From positions 256,001 through 320,000 of the forward strand of contig OZ223265.1 in assembly GCA_965140585.1 (NCBI GenBank): a DNA stretch of 64,000 nt. The letters are read 5' to 3'. Origin of the DNA: Spirochaetia bacterium. Its GTDB lineage: Bacteria > Spirochaetota > Spirochaetia > UBA9216. A model generated the notes under the pieces. It saw nothing but the letters and a program-made list of their open reading frames with translations. It did not search any database and was not told where the DNA came from. Positions 1 to 9,919 of the stretch are shown here, piece by piece (position 1 is the first letter of the stretch; each line of letters begins with the position of its first letter). The position numbers and the translations under genes were made by a program.

Positions 1-130
1 AGAGCAAATCCTTATTATTCTCCTTAAGAACAGAAAAAGAAACCAGCTCAGGATCGGAATAAAAGAGCCTGCAGCCGGAAAAAATAAAAAACAGACAGCA
101 GTAAAAGCAGTTTTTAACTATTTTCGACAT
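1..130 (-). CDS. 5' part of a secreted hypothetical protein (runs off window edge)
   Basis: ATG at 130 opens MSKIVKNCFYCCLFLFFPAAGSFYSDPELVSFSVLKENNKDLL, open to position 1; signal-peptide-like N-terminus; not in ORF track. Confidence 0.5.
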   Translation of the reverse strand, partial: MSKIVKNCFYCCLFFIFSGCRLFYSDPELVSFSVLKENNKDLL

Positions 131-215
131 AATATATACAACTTCCTTAATTGTATGAGTAGATTTAATACTGATAAATAACAGAAGTCAAGAAGATATA
201 GAACTAAAAGGATAT

Positions 216-255
216 AAAAAAACAGGCTGATTTGATTCGAAAATCAGCCTGTTTT
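216..255 (-). terminator. Rho-independent terminator of maoC-bcd-etfBA operon
   Basis: AAAACAGGCTGATTT(219-233)/AAATCAGCCTGTTTT(241-255) inverted repeat flanked by A/T runs, 30 nt past etfA stop. Confidence 0.8.
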
Positions 256-284
256 GATTTATTTCTGCACTGTCGAAATTAGCT

Positions 285-1472
285 CTATGAAGCTACGTTC
301 CACTGGGAAATCAGTTCAGGAATAATTTTATAAAGATCCCCTACAAGACCGTAATCTGCAACTTCGAAGATCGGAGCCTCGGGGTCCTTATTGATCGCAA
401 TGATTATGTCCGAGGTCTGCATACCGGCCAGATGCTGAATAGCTCCTGAGATTCCGCATGCAAAGTAGATCTTTGGTTTAACTGTAGTTCCAGTCTGACC
501 GACCTGCTGGGTATGGTCTATCCAGCCTGAATCAACTGCAGCTCTGGAGGCTCCGACAGTGCCTCCGACAGCCTCGGCAAGATCACCGATCAGCTTGAAA
601 CCCTCGGAACTTCCAAGACCGCGTCCCCCCGCACAGATTATTTCAGCATCAAGAAGTGAGGCATGCTTTTTAGCTGATTTCACTATTTCTTTAACCTTTG
701 TCCTTACATCAGCTGCTGACAGTACGGGCTTGAATTCGATTATTTCAGCCTTACGGGTTTCATCTTTTTCAAGCCTGTCCATAACGCCGGGACGAACCGT
801 AGACATCTGGGGCCTGGTCTTCGGACATACAATTGTAGCCATCAGGTTGCCGCCGAACGCCGGCCTTGTCTGAAGCAGTCTTCTGTTTTCCGTATCAATT
901 TCAAGCTTTGTACAGTCAGCTGTAAGACCGGTATTAAGTCTGGCGGCAATACGGGGTGCAAGATCACGGCCGATGTGAGTAGCACCGAAGAGTACAATCT
1001 CGGGTTTATATTCAAGGACTGCATCTGTAAGAACCTTTGTGTAGGCATCTGTGGTAAAGTTTTCCAGGAGCGGGTTCTCAATGGTGATAATCTTTTCGGC
1101 GCCGAAGGAGGACAGCTCGCTCAGCATCAGCTTTACCTCCGAACCTGCAATAACAGCACAGACTGATACACCAAGCTCGCTTGCAAGTCTGCTGGCCTCA
1201 CCAAGCAGTTCAATTGTCACACCCATAAGCTCTCCGCCGCGGTGTTCTGCAAAAACCCAGACATCCTTGTAAGCGGAAAGATCTGCAGCCTCCTTTTGCT
1301 CGGCAGTATTTTCAATCGCATCAAAGGGGCAGGCTTCAATACACTGACCGCAGGCAGTACACTTTTCATTGATTACTGCGAGTCTTCCCTGCATTTCTAT
1401 CGCATTAAAGGGACAGGCCTTAACACATTTAGTACAGCCCCTGCATTGATCTTCAATTATTATAACAGCCAT
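285..1472 (-). CDS. etfA: Electron transfer flavoprotein alpha subunit with N-terminal 2x[4Fe-4S] ferredoxin domain
   Basis: [12 protein letters not shown] and [12 protein letters not shown] clusters; [35 protein letters not shown]. Confidence 0.95.
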   Translation of the reverse strand: MAVIIIEDQCRGCTKCVKACPFNAIEMQGRLAVINEKCTACGQCIEACPFDAIENTAEQKEAADLSAYKDVWVFAEHRGGELMGVTIELLGEASRLASELGVSVCAVIAGSEVKLMLSELSSFGAEKIITIENPLLENFTTDAYTKVLTDAVLEYKPEIVLFGATHIGRDLAPRIAARLNTGLTADCTKLEIDTENRRLLQTRPAFGGNLMATIVCPKTRPQMSTVRPGVMDRLEKDETRKAEIIEFKPVLSAADVRTKVKEIVKSAKKHASLLDAEIICAGGRGLGSSEGFKLIGDLAEAVGGTVGASRAAVDSGWIDHTQQVGQTGTTVKPKIYFACGISGAIQHLAGMQTSDIIIAINKDPEAPIFEVADYGLVGDLYKIIPELISQWNVAS

Positions 1473-1488
1473 TATCTTCTCCTGTTCA

Positions 1489-2277
1489 TTAAACTAAGTG
1501 TTTGGCTTTCAGCTCTGAAAGGAGTCCGGAAACCAACTCGACGGATGTATCACCTTCAATCATCTTTCCTTTGCCCTTGGGTTCAGGAGTAAAGGATCTG
1601 AAAACATTTGTCGGAGATGCATCAAGCCCTACTATATCTGAGGAGATACCAAGGTCTGCTGCAGACCACAGGGTGATTTCCTTTTTATATGCCGCGAATA
1701 TTCCACCCACATTCATGTACCGTGGAGTGTTCAGCTCTTTAATTGCGGTTAACAGACATGGAAGTTTAACCTCAAGCATCTCATAACCGTCTTCGAGGGC
1801 CCGCTTTACATTGAGCGTATCTCCGACGACTTCGAAATCTTCAACATAGGTTACCTGTGCCAGTCCGAGTTTTTCTGCGATCTGGGGGCCGACCTGGGCT
1901 GTATCTCCGTCAATTGCCTGACGGCCGGCCAGGATAAGATCGTAGTCGCCTATTTTCTCTATTGCTGCAGATATACAGTTGGAGGTTGCCCAGGTATCTG
2001 AACCGGCGAAGGCTCTGTCTGAAAGCAGTACAGCCTCATCAGCTCCCATTGCAAGACCTTCACGCAGCATTACATCGGCCTGCGGAGGGCCCATTGAAAC
2101 CAGAGTTATTTGAACTGACGGGTCCGCATCCTTCAGCTTAAGTGCAGCTTCAAGTGCGTTGGCGTCGTCGTTATTCATAATGGATGGAACCCCCTCCCTG
2201 ATGAGAGTTCCTGTTTTTGTATCTATTCTTACTTCATTGGTGTCAGGCACCTGTTTTACACAGACAATAATCTTCAT
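1489..2277 (-). CDS. etfB: Electron transfer flavoprotein beta subunit
   Basis: [34 protein letters not shown]. Confidence 0.96.
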   Translation of the reverse strand: MKIIVCVKQVPDTNEVRIDTKTGTLIREGVPSIMNNDDANALEAALKLKDADPSVQITLVSMGPPQADVMLREGLAMGADEAVLLSDRAFAGSDTWATSNCISAAIEKIGDYDLILAGRQAIDGDTAQVGPQIAEKLGLAQVTYVEDFEVVGDTLNVKRALEDGYEMLEVKLPCLLTAIKELNTPRYMNVGGIFAAYKKEITLWSAADLGISSDIVGLDASPTNVFRSFTPEPKGKGKMIEGDTSVELVSGLLSELKAKHLV

Positions 2278-2298
2278 AATTTCTCCAAAAAAAAATCG

Positions 2299-3438
2299 CT
2301 ATCTCAGCGCAGAGGCTGCAATAACCATCTTCTGAACCTCTGATGTACCTTCATAGATTTCGGTAATCTTTGCGTCGCGCATCATCCTCTCAACGGGGTA
2401 ATCTCTTGTATAACCGTATCCGCCGTGAAGCTGCACGGCCTTCGTTGTAACATACATCGCAGTTTCTGATGCGAAAAGTTTAGCCATGGCCGCCTCGGTT
2501 CCATAGGGCTTACCTTCCTGTTTTTTACAGGCGGCACTGTAAACAAGCAGTCTTGCAGCCTCGATCCTGGTTTTCATATCAGCAATCTCGAACTGCAGGG
2601 CCTGCATCTTATTCAGCTTCATACCGAACTGCTTTCGCTGGTCAAGGTAGGCAACTGTTTTATCGAATGCACCCTGAGCTATTCCCAGAGCCTGAGCAGC
2701 AATTCCGATACGTCCGCCGTCAAGGGTAGTCATTGCAACCTTAAATCCCTTGCCTTCCTGACCGAGCAGATTTTCTGCAGGGACACGGCAGTTTTCAAAT
2801 ATCAGTTCGGATGTAGCCGAAGCTCGGATTCCCATCTTGTCTTCTTTCTTTCCTATTGAAAAACCCTCAGTTTTTCCATCAACAATAAATGCACTGATTC
2901 CACGGGTTCCCTTTGATTTATCAGTCATTGCCATAACTACATAGGTATCAGCCTTGCTGCCGTTTGTGATAAAAATCTTTGAACCGTTAAGTATCCATGA
3001 GTCACCGTCGAGTACAGCCCTGGTCTGCTGACCCGCAGCATCAGTTCCGGCGTTGGGTTCGGTGAGGCCGAAAGCTCCGAGTTTCTCACCGTTTAATAGC
3101 GGCACAAGGTATTTCTTTTTCTGCTCTTCAGTTCCGAAGTGATATATCGGCCATGCGCATAATGATGTATGTGCAGAGCAGATAACACCTGTAGTTCCAC
3201 AGACACGGGATAGTTCTTCAACTGCAATTGCATATGAAACGTTGTCCCCGCCGGCACCGCTGTATTCTACGGGAAAGGGGATGCTTAAAAGTCCCAGTTT
3301 TTTCATCTTTGCGACAGTTTCATCAGGGAAGCGTCCTGTTTCATCAATTTCAGCTGCAATGGGTTCAACCTCATTTTCGGCAAACTTACGTACCATTGTC
3401 CGAAGCAGAGTCTGCTCCCTTGTTTCTTGAAAAGTCAT
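2299..3438 (-). CDS. bcd: Butyryl-CoA/short-chain acyl-CoA dehydrogenase
   Basis: FGLTEPNAGTDA, LDGGRIGIAAQALG, QLHGGYGY, RDAKITEIYEGTSE; adjacent to etfBA. Confidence 0.9.
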   Translation of the reverse strand: MTFQETREQTLLRTMVRKFAENEVEPIAAEIDETGRFPDETVAKMKKLGLLSIPFPVEYSGAGGDNVSYAIAVEELSRVCGTTGVICSAHTSLCAWPIYHFGTEEQKKKYLVPLLNGEKLGAFGLTEPNAGTDAAGQQTRAVLDGDSWILNGSKIFITNGSKADTYVVMAMTDKSKGTRGISAFIVDGKTEGFSIGKKEDKMGIRASATSELIFENCRVPAENLLGQEGKGFKVAMTTLDGGRIGIAAQALGIAQGAFDKTVAYLDQRKQFGMKLNKMQALQFEIADMKTRIEAARLLVYSAACKKQEGKPYGTEAAMAKLFASETAMYVTTKAVQLHGGYGYTRDYPVERMMRDAKITEIYEGTSEVQKMVIAASALR

Positions 3439-3460
3439 ATATTTCCTCCAGATTCCTGTT

Positions 3461-3880
3461 TCAGGCTTTAGGCGGCATAACGGTTGCTATACCGGTAATT
3501 ACATCTTCACCGTTCTGGTTAGTAACGATAGTTTCCAGTTTTACCCGGTTTTTTTCAATATTCATTTCTTTCACGCTGACGGTAGCAGTCACAGTATCAC
3601 CGATAAAAACCGGCTTTGTAAACCGCAGTTCCTGCCCCATGTAGATAGTGCCCGGCCCTGGCAGCTTTGTGCCGAGTACATTTGAAATGAAACCGACGCT
3701 GAGCATTCCATGAGCTATACGCCTTCCGAACATACCTGCCCGTGCCTCTTCTTCGTTAATATGCGCCGGATTAAAATCACCGGTTATACCGGCATACAGA
3801 ACAACGTCAGTCTCTGTAACGGTTTTGGTAAAGGAAGCGCTGTCGCCTTCTTTCATTTCAGATATGGTAATACCCTTCAT
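3461..3880 (-). CDS. MaoC/PhaJ-like (R)-specific enoyl-CoA hydratase
   Basis: GDFNPAH hydratase motif, RIAHGML, LPGPGTIY; start moved to ATG 3880 behind GGAGGG. Confidence 0.9.
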   Translation of the reverse strand: MKGITISEMKEGDSASFTKTVTETDVVLYAGITGDFNPAHINEEEARAGMFGRRIAHGMLSVGFISNVLGTKLPGPGTIYMGQELRFTKPVFIGDTVTATVSVKEMNIEKNRVKLETIVTNQNGEDVITGIATVMPPKA

Positions 3881-3994
3881 TTGAGCCCTCCAGATTAGTA
3901 GTGAATCATCTCTCATTATTATCAAACAGGATTGCCGGCTTGTCAAGTTTTAAATATTATTTTATCTATATAATTTTACGGATTTATTGAATAG

Positions 3995-4936
3995 TCAGAT
4001 AATATCATCTGGAAATCCAAACTTGAATGATATATAAAATCTGTCCGGCCTATCGAATATCGGAAGCAATACATCATCCAGGACATAATGAATGCTGTTG
4101 TGGATATATTGTTTGAACAGCTCTGAATCATATCCGAATGATAAAATGTAGTTATCGTAAATAAATGACAGATATACCACATCGGCTGCATATTCCCCGG
4201 CAGAGATAAAGGTTACAGTATTTTCACGACCGGCTTCGTCTGAGATATAAAAATCACCATCATTTGAAAATCCCCATAAGTTCTTCCGCTCGCCGGCCCA
4301 TAGAGTGAATCCAAGTGAACAGCCTATTATCGAATTTTCCAGGGCATAGAGCCAGGAGAGCTTAAAAGCTGCGGTGCGGTAGCTGTCTGTTAAATAGAAC
4401 AGCATGGTATCATTTTCATAATTCATCATGAATACGCTTCTTTTATTTATAAATGTATAATCAAGCTGTCCGGTTATCTGGCTAGTCGAATCGGTACAAA
4501 GATATCCAGTATATCCAAACCGAAAATTATGCTGCCGGTTACCGTAAACCATCGGGAAGTCTGAAAAAAGTTCATTCTCTGCTCCTGCAGAATACATGGC
4601 GGAAAGATTCAGCTCACCTGTGAATTTCTCGCCGGGAATCCCGAAATCTTTTTCAAAGAAAAGAGCGTCAATTTTACTGTAAAACCCGATACTTTCAGAT
4701 AATTCATTTATTCCCTGAAGAGGAAGCATGCTCAATAGTGAGAAATCAGTATAAGTCAGAAATTGTCCATTAAAACCGGCACCGCTCCGATGTGTTCCAT
4801 GTTCAGAGGATAATCCGAGGTATGCATGCGAATTACCAATTTCATAACATAATGAGGGAAAACCGGGATAATTGTTTTCAGCTGCAGCCGATATCAGATT
4901 GCCGAATAATAATGTTGCCAGAATAATCTTTTTCAC
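3995..4936 (-). CDS. Secreted hypothetical protein with Ntox23-like (ND/DxxR/H) C-terminal domain
   Basis: Signal peptide MKKIILATLLFGNLISAAA; YEND...TDSYRTAA and GYDSE...HNSIH motifs. Confidence 0.5.
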   Translation of the reverse strand: MKKIILATLLFGNLISAAAENNYPGFPSLCYEIGNSHAYLGLSSEHGTHRSGAGFNGQFLTYTDFSLLSMLPLQGINELSESIGFYSKIDALFFEKDFGIPGEKFTGELNLSAMYSAGAENELFSDFPMVYGNRQHNFRFGYTGYLCTDSTSQITGQLDYTFINKRSVFMMNYENDTMLFYLTDSYRTAAFKLSWLYALENSIIGCSLGFTLWAGERKNLWGFSNDGDFYISDEAGRENTVTFISAGEYAADVVYLSFIYDNYILSFGYDSELFKQYIHNSIHYVLDDVLLPIFDRPDRFYISFKFGFPDDII

Positions 4937-5099
4937 TTATAACTCTTTATTCTTTTAGGTAATTTCAAAACTAACCGAGTTTTGTAGGAAGCTCCTTTAT
5001 AAATATCTATTTCATCACTATGGCTGAGCTGTTACTATTTTTCCAAAATATATATACAGTTGAACAGAAAATATAAAAATCTTATACTTTCGTCAAAAT

Positions 5100-5744
5100 A
5101 TGTCTGTAAATAACGCTGAAATCCAGAAGATTGTGAACTCGATGGGAAGCCTTGATGAGACAGAAGTCATCAAGAGCGTAGAAGCCCTATTAAAGAAGGG
5201 TATGCCTCCGATTGAAGTCCAAAGATGTATAAACATAGGCATCGAGCTCGTAACACGTTTTTATCAGTCCGGAGAATATTATCTGGCTGATATAATTTAT
5301 GCCGGTTATATTTACCGGAAAATACTGCACATGAAAGATATGCAGAGCAAATATTGCGGGCGTGAGATAAGAGTTGCTGTTGGCTCTATCAACAATGATA
5401 TTCATAACATCGGAAAATCAATACTGATAAGTACTCTAAAATCTTACGGGTTCAAATACATAGATGCCGGCAATTCAGTAAATTCCGGGGAATCAATACA
5501 ACTGTTAAAGGAATTTAAACCGCACATCATTGCGCTGAGCTGCAATCAGATATCCACCAAAAGGGATCTTAAGAAGACTGTATCAGAATTAAAATCAACC
5601 TTCAAAAACATTACAGATTTAAAGGTTATTATTGGAGGAAACAGCCCTCTTGCTGATAACTGGCAGAATGCCGGTGCAGACAAATATATAAAAAATGAAA
5701 TTGAATTCATCGAATACTGTCTAGCACTCAGGGAGACAGTTTAA
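5100..5744 (+). CDS. Corrinoid (B12-binding) protein, cap domain plus B12-binding domain
   Basis: GEYYLADII cap motif, DIHNIGK (DxHxxG), IIALS, VIIGG. Confidence 0.85.
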   Translation: MSVNNAEIQKIVNSMGSLDETEVIKSVEALLKKGMPPIEVQRCINIGIELVTRFYQSGEYYLADIIYAGYIYRKILHMKDMQSKYCGREIRVAVGSINNDIHNIGKSILISTLKSYGFKYIDAGNSVNSGESIQLLKEFKPHIIALSCNQISTKRDLKKTVSELKSTFKNITDLKVIIGGNSPLADNWQNAGADKYIKNEIEFIEYCLALRETV

Positions 5745-6479
5745 ATGGAAAACAAATCACTGTCTCCTAATATAGAAATATCCAACAGCCTCAGAAGAAA
5801 GATACTTGAAGGCTACTACGCTCCCGGAGATCACCTTCCCACAGAGTTTGAACTGGCTGAACAATTCGGAACCAGCCGCGGGACAGTCCGGAAGGCACTG
5901 AAGCTTCTAAGCAGTGAAAAAATTATTTCATCACAGCAGGGTAAGGGATATTTTGTCCGTAAGCCTGATTTCAATCAATACTCCATGGAGTTTGACCTTT
6001 TCGGTCTTGGAAACAGAACTGAAACAAAGATAATTGATATGATTGAGGTGCCTGAAAACATCAGAAAAGTTCTTGAAACGGAGAAAGACCGGGCAGTAAT
6101 TTACATACAGATTGTAATTTACCATGATTCAGAACCGGTAGCATGTGAAGATAAATATCTGCCGTATTTTAAGGGTTATCCTACAATTGAAAGTCTTATG
6201 CAGTATCCATATAACAGAGACAGGGTTACGCAGAAACTCAACAGCTATGACATTCACCATGAGATAAGGTTTTCCTCCGGACCGGTTTCGGCGGAACATA
6301 GAAAACTTCTTAAATGCGGGGAAGATGAATCTGTACTAAAGCTGATACGGATGATTAAGAATCAGTATGATGAAGTTCTTGCCTATGGGGTAGTTTCTTT
6401 TAAAGATGAAGAACATCCTCTAATTGCATATTCAGGTTTTTTAGGCAAAACCCTGGAAAAGAACGACCGGCAGCAGTAG
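5745..6479 (+). CDS. GntR family (HutC/UTRA subfamily) transcriptional regulator
   Basis: LPTEFELAEQFGTSRGTVRKAL...QGKGYFV winged helix; ~244 aa with UTRA-like C-terminus; ATG abuts previous stop. Confidence 0.9.
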   Translation: MENKSLSPNIEISNSLRRKILEGYYAPGDHLPTEFELAEQFGTSRGTVRKALKLLSSEKIISSQQGKGYFVRKPDFNQYSMEFDLFGLGNRTETKIIDMIEVPENIRKVLETEKDRAVIYIQIVIYHDSEPVACEDKYLPYFKGYPTIESLMQYPYNRDRVTQKLNSYDIHHEIRFSSGPVSAEHRKLLKCGEDESVLKLIRMIKNQYDEVLAYGVVSFKDEEHPLIAYSGFLGKTLEKNDRQQ

Positions 6480-6501
6480 CATAAGGTTATCTGCCGCCGG
6501 T
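6466..6501. terminator. Hairpin between convergent genes, possible terminator
   Basis: ACCGGCAGCAG ... CTGCCGCCGGT imperfect inverted repeat. Confidence 0.45.
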
Positions 6502-6510
6502 ACAGAGGAT

Positions 6511-8589
6511 TTATTTGATATTATCTGATATTGTTTCAGCTGCAATATAGCCGTATGTCAGAGCAGAAGGAAAGCCGTATCCGTAAACAGAACCGTCTTT
6601 CTCTTCAATTGATCCTGCAACATCTCCGGCTGCATAAAGATTTGATACTGGATTACCGTTTTCATCAAGAACTCTTGCCTTTGTATCAATAACAAGTCCT
6701 CCCGTAGTAAGATAGAAATTCGGCTCTATTCTAACTGCGAAAATTCCATCTCTCGTTTCAAGATAAGAGACTCGTCTCTTTCCTGCCTGAGCATTCTCAT
6801 TATTGATTTTAACTGATTCAGGAAGGCCCGGAAGATCAAGTCTGCCTGCAGCATCTTCTACTGTATTGAAATGAAGAACTTCATCTCTTTCGAAAACGGA
6901 AGCATATGAAAATCCGTAAGTCATTGACTTTTTCATTGCTTCAACGCCTTCTTCATCAAAGAAGTAATAAAAACGGCCGCCGTTTTCGGGCTCGAGCTTG
7001 GCGTTTCCAAGTCCGACATGGCTGGTATCATGAATCGGGATTCCGTTCCCATTAACCATCAGGCCGGGTACTGTAAAATCAATGAAGGCAACTTCAAAGT
7101 TGGAACCATAGACTGCCGGAAATGCTCCCAGAGGCCTGCCCATGCATTCGATAGCGGCGCCCTGTTCCATTGCCATTAATATTCCCTCTCCTGTATTTCC
7201 ATTGACTCCATTAAAAAACTGCCCCTCATATTCCGGATAGTATTCTGCAATCATATCCGGGTTGGAGGCAAAACCGCCGGTGGCAAGCATCACTGCATCT
7301 GCCGTAATGTTCCAGGTTCTGCCGTCTTTACCTTCAGCCACAAGACCGTTAACTGTGCCGCTGCTGTCTGTTGTCAATGAAACCACCGGTGTCGCATATA
7401 TAATTCTGGAGCCCTGAACCGTTATCCTGTCAGCAAGAAACATTGCGGAATATCCTGCTCCCCCCTGATACACACCTGGAGACATATAGGGCTGAAGTCC
7501 CAGCTGCAAACCGCCTTCGTAACGTCCCATAGGTTCAAAACCGATTCCGATTTCACGCATCCAGTCAACCATTCCGCCTGAACTGTCCATCATGGCTGTT
7601 TTATAGGGCATTGCCTTATTAAAACGATCAAACTCCGGTCTTACGTAGTTTTCAAGTATCTTCATCAAGATATTCTTATTCCAGTAGGGGTCCTGCTGCT
7701 CACGGCCCTGTCCGTATTCTGCCGCAGCCTTGCTTCCGCCGCTCAGAATACCTCCATAAGTCATAGGCATAGCTCCGCCGGGAATATCGGCTTTTTCAAA
7801 AATCAGTACCTTGTATCCCATATCGGACAGCCTGGCCCCGGCCATCAGACCTGAAGTTCCGGCACCGGCAATTACTACATCTACATGCTCTTCAATTACC
7901 TCATCAGACAGCGCCGGAGCTTCGAGCGGTACCATAAATGCTGAAACATCTCCGCCGGCCTGCTTGATTGCGTCTGTTACTGCAGCCTTTATAGCTGCTG
8001 ATGAAACGCTGGCTCCTGTTACCGAATCAACCATAAGGCTCTGATTTGCAACAATTCTCTCAGGAATCCTGGCAGCAGCAAAATTTCCAACCCCCATGGT
8101 TTCCTCATGAGAGATAACCTTGCAGCTCTGGATCTGCTCATCCTTAAAAACTGTAACAACATTAATATAGTTTTCATGCCCCATTGCCCTTGTGACATAT
8201 TTACCGTCTTTTAATTTGTAGACTGTAATCTCTCCACGGGCCGCTGAGAGAGCTGCCTCAAGTGCTGTCTTTACTGCATTGCTTGTGACGGTTGCACCCG
8301 ATACAGTATCTACGCGTCCATCCGCGTTTCCCAATATATTTTCAGCAAGAACAGGTATAGCCGCGCCTCCAATTTCCGGAGTTTCATTAGCGCCGGTGAT
8401 GCTTATATCGATGATTTTATTGTAATCAACGACAATATTTACTGTGACATCACCTCCAAGCCCCATAGCTGAGCCCGAATATTCACCGGGGCTGAATACA
8501 TCTTCAGCTGCTGAAGACTTTCCGCTCTGGCAGGCCATAATTGCTGCCGAAGCAAGCATTAAAACGATAAGTCTGCTTATCTTCTTCAA
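6511..8589 (-). CDS. Lipoprotein flavin reductase (flavocytochrome c/FAD_binding_2 family) with two FMN-binding flavinylation domains
   Basis: TTG start at 8589 behind GGAG gives MKKISRLIVLMLASAAIMAC lipobox; DTVSGATVTS and DSVTGASVSS motifs; GAGTSG FAD loop, LATGGF, NLYAAGDV. Confidence 0.85.
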   Translation of the reverse strand: MKKISRLIVLMLASAAIMACQSGKSSAAEDVFSPGEYSGSAMGLGGDVTVNIVVDYNKIIDISITGANETPEIGGAAIPVLAENILGNADGRVDTVSGATVTSNAVKTALEAALSAARGEITVYKLKDGKYVTRAMGHENYINVVTVFKDEQIQSCKVISHEETMGVGNFAAARIPERIVANQSLMVDSVTGASVSSAAIKAAVTDAIKQAGGDVSAFMVPLEAPALSDEVIEEHVDVVIAGAGTSGLMAGARLSDMGYKVLIFEKADIPGGAMPMTYGGILSGGSKAAAEYGQGREQQDPYWNKNILMKILENYVRPEFDRFNKAMPYKTAMMDSSGGMVDWMREIGIGFEPMGRYEGGLQLGLQPYMSPGVYQGGAGYSAMFLADRITVQGSRIIYATPVVSLTTDSSGTVNGLVAEGKDGRTWNITADAVMLATGGFASNPDMIAEYYPEYEGQFFNGVNGNTGEGILMAMEQGAAIECMGRPLGAFPAVYGSNFEVAFIDFTVPGLMVNGNGIPIHDTSHVGLGNAKLEPENGGRFYYFFDEEGVEAMKKSMTYGFSYASVFERDEVLHFNTVEDAAGRLDLPGLPESVKINNENAQAGKRRVSYLETRDGIFAVRIEPNFYLTTGGLVIDTKARVLDENGNPVSNLYAAGDVAGSIEEKDGSVYGYGFPSALTYGYIAAETISDNIK

Positions 8590-8648
8590 TTGTTTTCTCC
8601 TAAATAGTTTTTGTAGGTAAGATTTTATCGATTCGATAGTAACATCTT

Positions 8649-8662
8649 TTTGTATATACAAA
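8649..8662. promoter_or_regulatory. HutC-type GntR operator palindrome
   Basis: Perfect palindrome TTTGTATATACAAA 60 nt upstream of reductase start; fits TGTA-N2-TACA. Confidence 0.7.
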
Positions 8663-8744
8663 TAGAGGGTTTTGGCTGTTATATGTGAATTTTATAAATT
8701 TAATTGTGAATATTATTGATATATAGAGTTATATTTGATTTTAC

Positions 8745-8756
8745 ATGTATATACAA
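8745..8756. promoter_or_regulatory. Second HutC-type operator copy
   Basis: ATGTATATACAA with the same TGTATATACA core. Confidence 0.6.
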
Positions 8757-8778
8757 ATACTGTTTAATTTAGATTGAT

Positions 8779-9755
8779 TTAAACTATACTTTTATAATAG
8801 TCTTTTCCATATCTAAAAGCTTCATCGGTAATCTGTTGATTAAACAATATCGTTTCCTGTGTGTTTTTCCCCTGTACCCTGTGATTCCCAAGTATGAAAC
8901 TGCCGTACGGGGCATAGGCATCAATAGCTCTCCGCACCTCTGCCCGGCGTTCATCCTCAGCGGCATTAACCGAAGAAGCAGGGCTGTGTGTATCAAATCC
9001 TCCGATAAAACTGTATTGTTTTCCGTACTTTTTTAGCAGCGCTACAATATCATTCTAGGCTGACAGGAGCTCCATGCTATTGCCCCTTCTTCAATGAAAT
9101 CATCGATATGAATTTCAGCCTTTCCGCAGCAGTGGTTGATCGGAACAGCACCGACAGCTTTAATAGCATCATTTAGTTTTTTATGTTGAGGTTTGATAAA
9201 TTCTCTATACAGTTCCGTAGATAAAAAAGGAGCAGTTTTATATGCCACATCATCAAAAATCACAATACATTCAGGATTAGAATATTCCGAAACAATATTA
9301 ATATACCTGATTCTGTATTCAGTATGTACATCAAGCATATCATGACAGGCAGAAGGTTCATCCATGAGACTGAAAACCATATTTTCATATCCGATTAGAT
9401 CCAGAAACCTTTCAAACGTTCCGTTTCCCATGCAGTATTCCAGAACCTGCTCATCACGATTGAGATTTGCCAGTTCCTGCTGGGCTTTGGCTGCCCAATC
9501 AATACCATCAAGATCAGGAAATGTGACCTGCTTCTCCCACTTGGTAATATCTTTTAAGACATAGTCGGAATTTGGTGTAGCCCCCTCCGGAAGATGTTCC
9601 TATACAACCCCAAAGCCATCCGGACCGCCGCCTGCCGGACCCTTTTCAAACCAGTCCATAAGCCCTACATTGTATCGAACAGGAGCTGAATATACAGGAA
9701 CACTATCAGGGATTCCATGATTTAAAGCTGTTAAATAGTTTTCTTTTAATGTCAT
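8779..9755 (-). pseudogene. UroD/MtaA-family (methylcobamide methyltransferase-like) pseudogene
   Basis: Reconstructs MTLKENYLTALNHG...DGFGVV*EHLP...FDDVAYK...HCCGK...CQP[fs]NDIVALLKKYG...GGFD; TAG at 9600-9602 and 1-nt deletion near 9055. Confidence 0.85.
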
Positions 9756-9835
9756 TTAAACCTTCCATGCAATTTTAAAATACTATTTTACCCCTTACCC
9801 AAATAGTAAGGTCAATTATTATCTGCAGATGGAGC

Positions 9836-9871
9836 AAAAAAAAAGCGGTTCCGGAATAAACCGGAACCGCT
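9836..9871 (-). terminator. Rho-independent terminator after mbx operon/ferritin-like gene
   Basis: AGCGGTTCCGG/CCGGAACCGCT stem followed by a T run on the minus strand. Confidence 0.85.
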
Positions 9872-9919
9872 GCGTTTCTCCTGACAGGCGTCAGCCTGCA
9901 CCTTTTTTAATAAAGTTTC

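Noticed and set aside
8590-8661. ORF-track start of the flavin reductase
   Set aside because: Overlaps operator palindrome; RBS and lipobox support TTG 8589
8784-8996. 70-aa ORF-track protein
   Set aside because: Wrong frame of the UroD-family pseudogene 3' end
9600-9602. In-frame TAG in a methyltransferase-family gene as possible pyrrolysine
   Set aside because: It falls where Trp (TGG) is expected in FGVVW, the gene also has a frameshift, the family is not a Pyl methyltransferase and no pyl genes are in the window
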